Source of the DNA: Clostridiales bacterium
GTDB taxonomy: Bacteria > Bacillota > Clostridia > Lachnospirales > WRAX01
Direction: 5' to 3'
Assembly: GCA_031277225.1 (NCBI GenBank)
Contig: JAITMQ010000134.1
Coordinates: 1-54,660, forward strand
Length of the DNA stretch: 54,660 nt
Part shown: positions 52,252 to 54,660 of the stretch, in pieces
How positions within the stretch are numbered: position 1 is the stretch's first letter
Layout of the letters: the number at the start of each line of letters is the position of its first letter
Made by a program: the position numbers and the translations under genes
Notes under the pieces: generated by a model
What the model saw: the letters and a program-made list of their open reading frames with translations, nothing else
What the model was told of the DNA's origin: nothing
The model's database searches: none

Positions 52252-53046
52252 ATGGGAGAAGTTATTGTTGTTACAAGCGGAAAAGGCGGGGTGGGCAAAA
52301 CAACCACCACGGCCAATATTGGGACAGGCCTTGCGTCTATGGGCCGTTCTGTTGTGTTGATTGATGCGGACATTGGGCTTCGCAATCTTGACGTGGTTAT
52401 GGGGCTTGAAAACCGCATTGTCTACGATTTGGTTGATGTGGTTGAGGGGAAATGCCGCTATAAACAGGCGCTGATTCGGGACAAGCGTTATCCCGAACTG
52501 CATCTTTTGGCGGCGGCGCAAACCAAGGACAAATCGGCCGTAAGCCCCGAACAAATGGTCAAGCTTTGCTCGCAATTAACCGACGAATTTGACTTTATTA
52601 TAATCGACTGCCCCGCGGGCATCGAGCAGGGCTTTAAAAACGCCATTGCGGGCGCGCATAAGGCCATTGTCGTCGCCACGCCCGAAGTCAGCAGCGTTCG
52701 CGATGCAGACCGTATTGTCGGCCTGCTTAAATCCGCCGACATCAGCGAAGTTTGGCTGATTTTGAATCGTCTGCGCCCCGATTTGATTCGGCGCGGCGAA
52801 ATGATGACATTAGAGGATGTTGTGGACATTTTGGCCATTGATGTGCTGGGGGTTGTGCCTGATGATGAGGCCATAGTTGTTACAACAAATCGCGGCGAGG
52901 CGGCCGTAACCGAAGCGAAATCGCCCGCAGGGGCGGCGTTTCGGAATATTGTCGCGCGCATTGTCGACGAAAATGTGCCCATGCTTGAAGTGCAGGAAGA
53001 CGGCGGATTCATGGCGAAAATAAAGAAAATTTTCCGCAAGGGTTAG
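52252..53046 (+). CDS. minD: septum site-determining ATPase MinD
   Basis: VIVVTSGKGGVGKTTTTANIG..IDADIGLRNLDVVMGLE, with a C-terminal amphipathic helix KIKKIFRKG. Confidence 0.93.
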   Translation: MGEVIVVTSGKGGVGKTTTTANIGTGLASMGRSVVLIDADIGLRNLDVVMGLENRIVYDLVDVVEGKCRYKQALIRDKRYPELHLLAAAQTKDKSAVSPEQMVKLCSQLTDEFDFIIIDCPAGIEQGFKNAIAGAHKAIVVATPEVSSVRDADRIVGLLKSADISEVWLILNRLRPDLIRRGEMMTLEDVVDILAIDVLGVVPDDEAIVVTTNRGEAAVTEAKSPAGAAFRNIVARIVDENVPMLEVQEDGGFMAKIKKIFRKG

Positions 53047-53060
53047 GGGGAGTCGCAACA

Positions 53061-53324
53061 ATGTTTTTTAATTCAAGGAAGCAAAAATCGGGGGAAATTG
53101 CGAAAAACCGCCTGCAATTGGTAATTTATCAAGACAGGATGAATACAAATCCCGAATTGGTGGATAGACTGCGATATGATATTTTGCAGGTGATAAAGTC
53201 ATATATTGACATTGACGAGGGCGCGCTGGACATAAAAATCAGCTCGCCGCGCGGGGCTGCGCTTGGCGAAGATGGGCCTGCGCTGGAGGTTAATATTCCG
53301 ATTAAGGGCTGGAAAATGAGGTAG
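53061..53324 (+). CDS. minE: cell division topological specificity factor MinE
   Basis: KSGEIAKNRLQLVIYQDR...LRYDILQVIKSYIDID. Confidence 0.88.
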   Translation: MFFNSRKQKSGEIAKNRLQLVIYQDRMNTNPELVDRLRYDILQVIKSYIDIDEGALDIKISSPRGAALGEDGPALEVNIPIKGWKMR

Positions 53325-53326
53325 AA

Positions 53327-54490
53327 ATGGTTGGAATTCGGCGGAATCTACGTTCGTTTGACATAGTTTTATTTGTGCTGGTTTTATTGCTGTCGGCCTT
53401 CGGCCTGCTCATGGTAGGCTCGACGACGGGGCTTGGAAACGGCGTTGTTTCCGCCACTTTTATAAGCCAGCTTGTTTTTGCGTCCACGGGCGTGGGAATA
53501 ATGCTGTTGGCGGCCTTTATCAACTTTGAAACCATATGCAAATTCTATTTGCCAATTTACGGAATTAACATAATTTTCCTGGTCGCTGTTTTATTCATGC
53601 CCGAACAGGCGGGCGTGCATCGCTGGCTGGGCGTGGAAATTGGCGGAACTATGCTTGGCGTACAGCCCTCGGAATTTGCCAAAATTTTCATGGTAATCTT
53701 TCTCGCGAAAATTATTGACAAATATAAGGAAAAAATCAACCACCCGCTAATTATCGGCCTAATTTTGGCGTCAACGGCACTTCCTGTTGTGTTAATTTTC
53801 ATACAGCCGTCGTGGTCGGCGTCCATAATCCCGCTGGCAATCATGCTTGCAATGCTATTCGTCGGCAGGTTGAGTTATAAGTATATAATCGTGGCTGTAC
53901 TAATTGTCATACCCGCCGCGCTATTCTTCTTCATAGAACTACATTCCGAAAACCCCCTAATCCTGGCGAATCTGCTCGAAGACTATCAAATTGGCAGAAT
54001 TTGGAATTTCTTCTATCCCGAATTGGGCACAGACGGCACCTTCCAAAACGAAAGGGCGTGGGCCGCCTTTTCCAGCGGGCTTTTGACGGGGCGCGGGCTT
54101 TTTAACAATGAAATCGCCGTTCCCTTCGCGTCCAATGACTTTATTTTCGCAATCATAGGCGCGGAATTCGGCTTTTTAGGTTCGCTGGCCGTGCTGGTTG
54201 TCATATTAATTATAGTGGCCCGTTGTTTCATGATTGCGCATCGCTCGCAGGTATTTTTGGGCAAATTAATCGCCGTGGGCGTGGGCGTGGCCATAGCCTT
54301 TCAAAGTTTTGTGCATGTCGGCGTAAACACGTGGATTCTGCCGAATACGGGGATAAACCTGCCCTTCGTGTCCTCCGGCGGCTCGGCGATTTGGGTTTTT
54401 ATGGCAATGGTCGGGCTGGTGCTAAATGTCGGCATGACGCAGGAATATTCAATGTTTGACGACCTTGGAGGGGGGAAGGGTGGACGGTGA
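53327..54490 (+). CDS. rodA: rod shape-determining SEDS protein RodA
   Basis: GVQPSEFAKIFMVIFLAKII, NDFIFAIIGAEFGFLG and GINLPFVSSGGSA, in the position after minCDE typical of Bacillota. Confidence 0.9.
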   Translation: MVGIRRNLRSFDIVLFVLVLLLSAFGLLMVGSTTGLGNGVVSATFISQLVFASTGVGIMLLAAFINFETICKFYLPIYGINIIFLVAVLFMPEQAGVHRWLGVEIGGTMLGVQPSEFAKIFMVIFLAKIIDKYKEKINHPLIIGLILASTALPVVLIFIQPSWSASIIPLAIMLAMLFVGRLSYKYIIVAVLIVIPAALFFFIELHSENPLILANLLEDYQIGRIWNFFYPELGTDGTFQNERAWAAFSSGLLTGRGLFNNEIAVPFASNDFIFAIIGAEFGFLGSLAVLVVILIIVARCFMIAHRSQVFLGKLIAVGVGVAIAFQSFVHVGVNTWILPNTGINLPFVSSGGSAIWVFMAMVGLVLNVGMTQEYSMFDDLGGGKGGR

Positions 54491-54511
54491 TACTGCAGGG
54501 CATAACCACAT

Positions 54512-54584
54512 TTTCGCGCTTTTCGTGTGTTTCGTGGTTCGATTTTTTAATTTTTTAACCACGAAAGACACGAAAAACGCGAAA
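54512..54584. repeat. second long hairpin of the TTTCGYG-array family (28-bp arms, 2 mismatches, 17-nt AT loop)
   Basis: TTTCGCGCTTTTCGTGTGTTTCGTGGTT / CGATTTTTTAATTTTTT / AACCACGAAAGACACGAAAAACGCGAAA, 22 nt after the rodA stop. Confidence 0.9.
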
Positions 54585-54660
54585 GATGGTGCATTTCCTG
54601 CCAAAACGCTGCTTTAGCGGGAATGAAGAATTGCAAATTTTGGAAAATTTTGCGCGGGGC

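Overview
This 54.66-kb chromosomal window looks like a Clostridia-type Bacillota genome, roughly 50% GC by eye. The taxonomic guess rests on a clostridial 2x[4Fe-4S] ferredoxin, Soj/Spo0J, a PBP2-MinCDE-RodA cluster, and SLH and copper-amine-oxidase-like wall-anchor modules. All family calls are from reading the translations by eye; no searches were run.

Core genes present:
- Aromatic pathway: a DAHP synthase and aroB.
- Polyamine synthesis: speD plus an Orn/Lys/Arg-family decarboxylase.
- Chromosome partitioning: parA/parB.
- Housekeeping: tsaD, an ECF sigma/anti-sigma pair, rluD, lspA, a cyclophilin lipoprotein, pyrG and pepD.
- Cell wall and division: a SEDS-bPBP pair, minCDE and rodA.

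Accessory content is dense:
1. Six large secreted wall-associated proteins (349-2165 aa) use three different anchor types. Type II TA modules (MazEF-like, BrnTA, RelE, HigB-2) sit between them.
2. A duplicated convergent unit pairs a small RNA with a small hydrophobic peptide. It has the architecture of a 3'-overlapping type I toxin-antitoxin locus.
3. A consensus-promoter operon encodes four tandem 65-69-aa paralogs followed by a 760-aa protein with a cNMP-binding-like N-terminus. Two more related small genes are translationally coupled to an SLH-protein operon.
4. A 69-85-bp MITE/REP-like palindromic element family (ATTCCC-N8-GGGAAT type) has at least 6 loci. One copy has decapitated a TetR gene.
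5. Unusual proteins: a pyrG whose glutaminase Cys and Glu are replaced (Gly380, Gln498), a VanW-Ddl fusion, and a MazF with a C-terminal extension.
6. Long hairpins built from TTTCGTG arrays bracket the division and cell-wall cluster.

I saw no rRNA, tRNA, CRISPR array, transposase or integrase.
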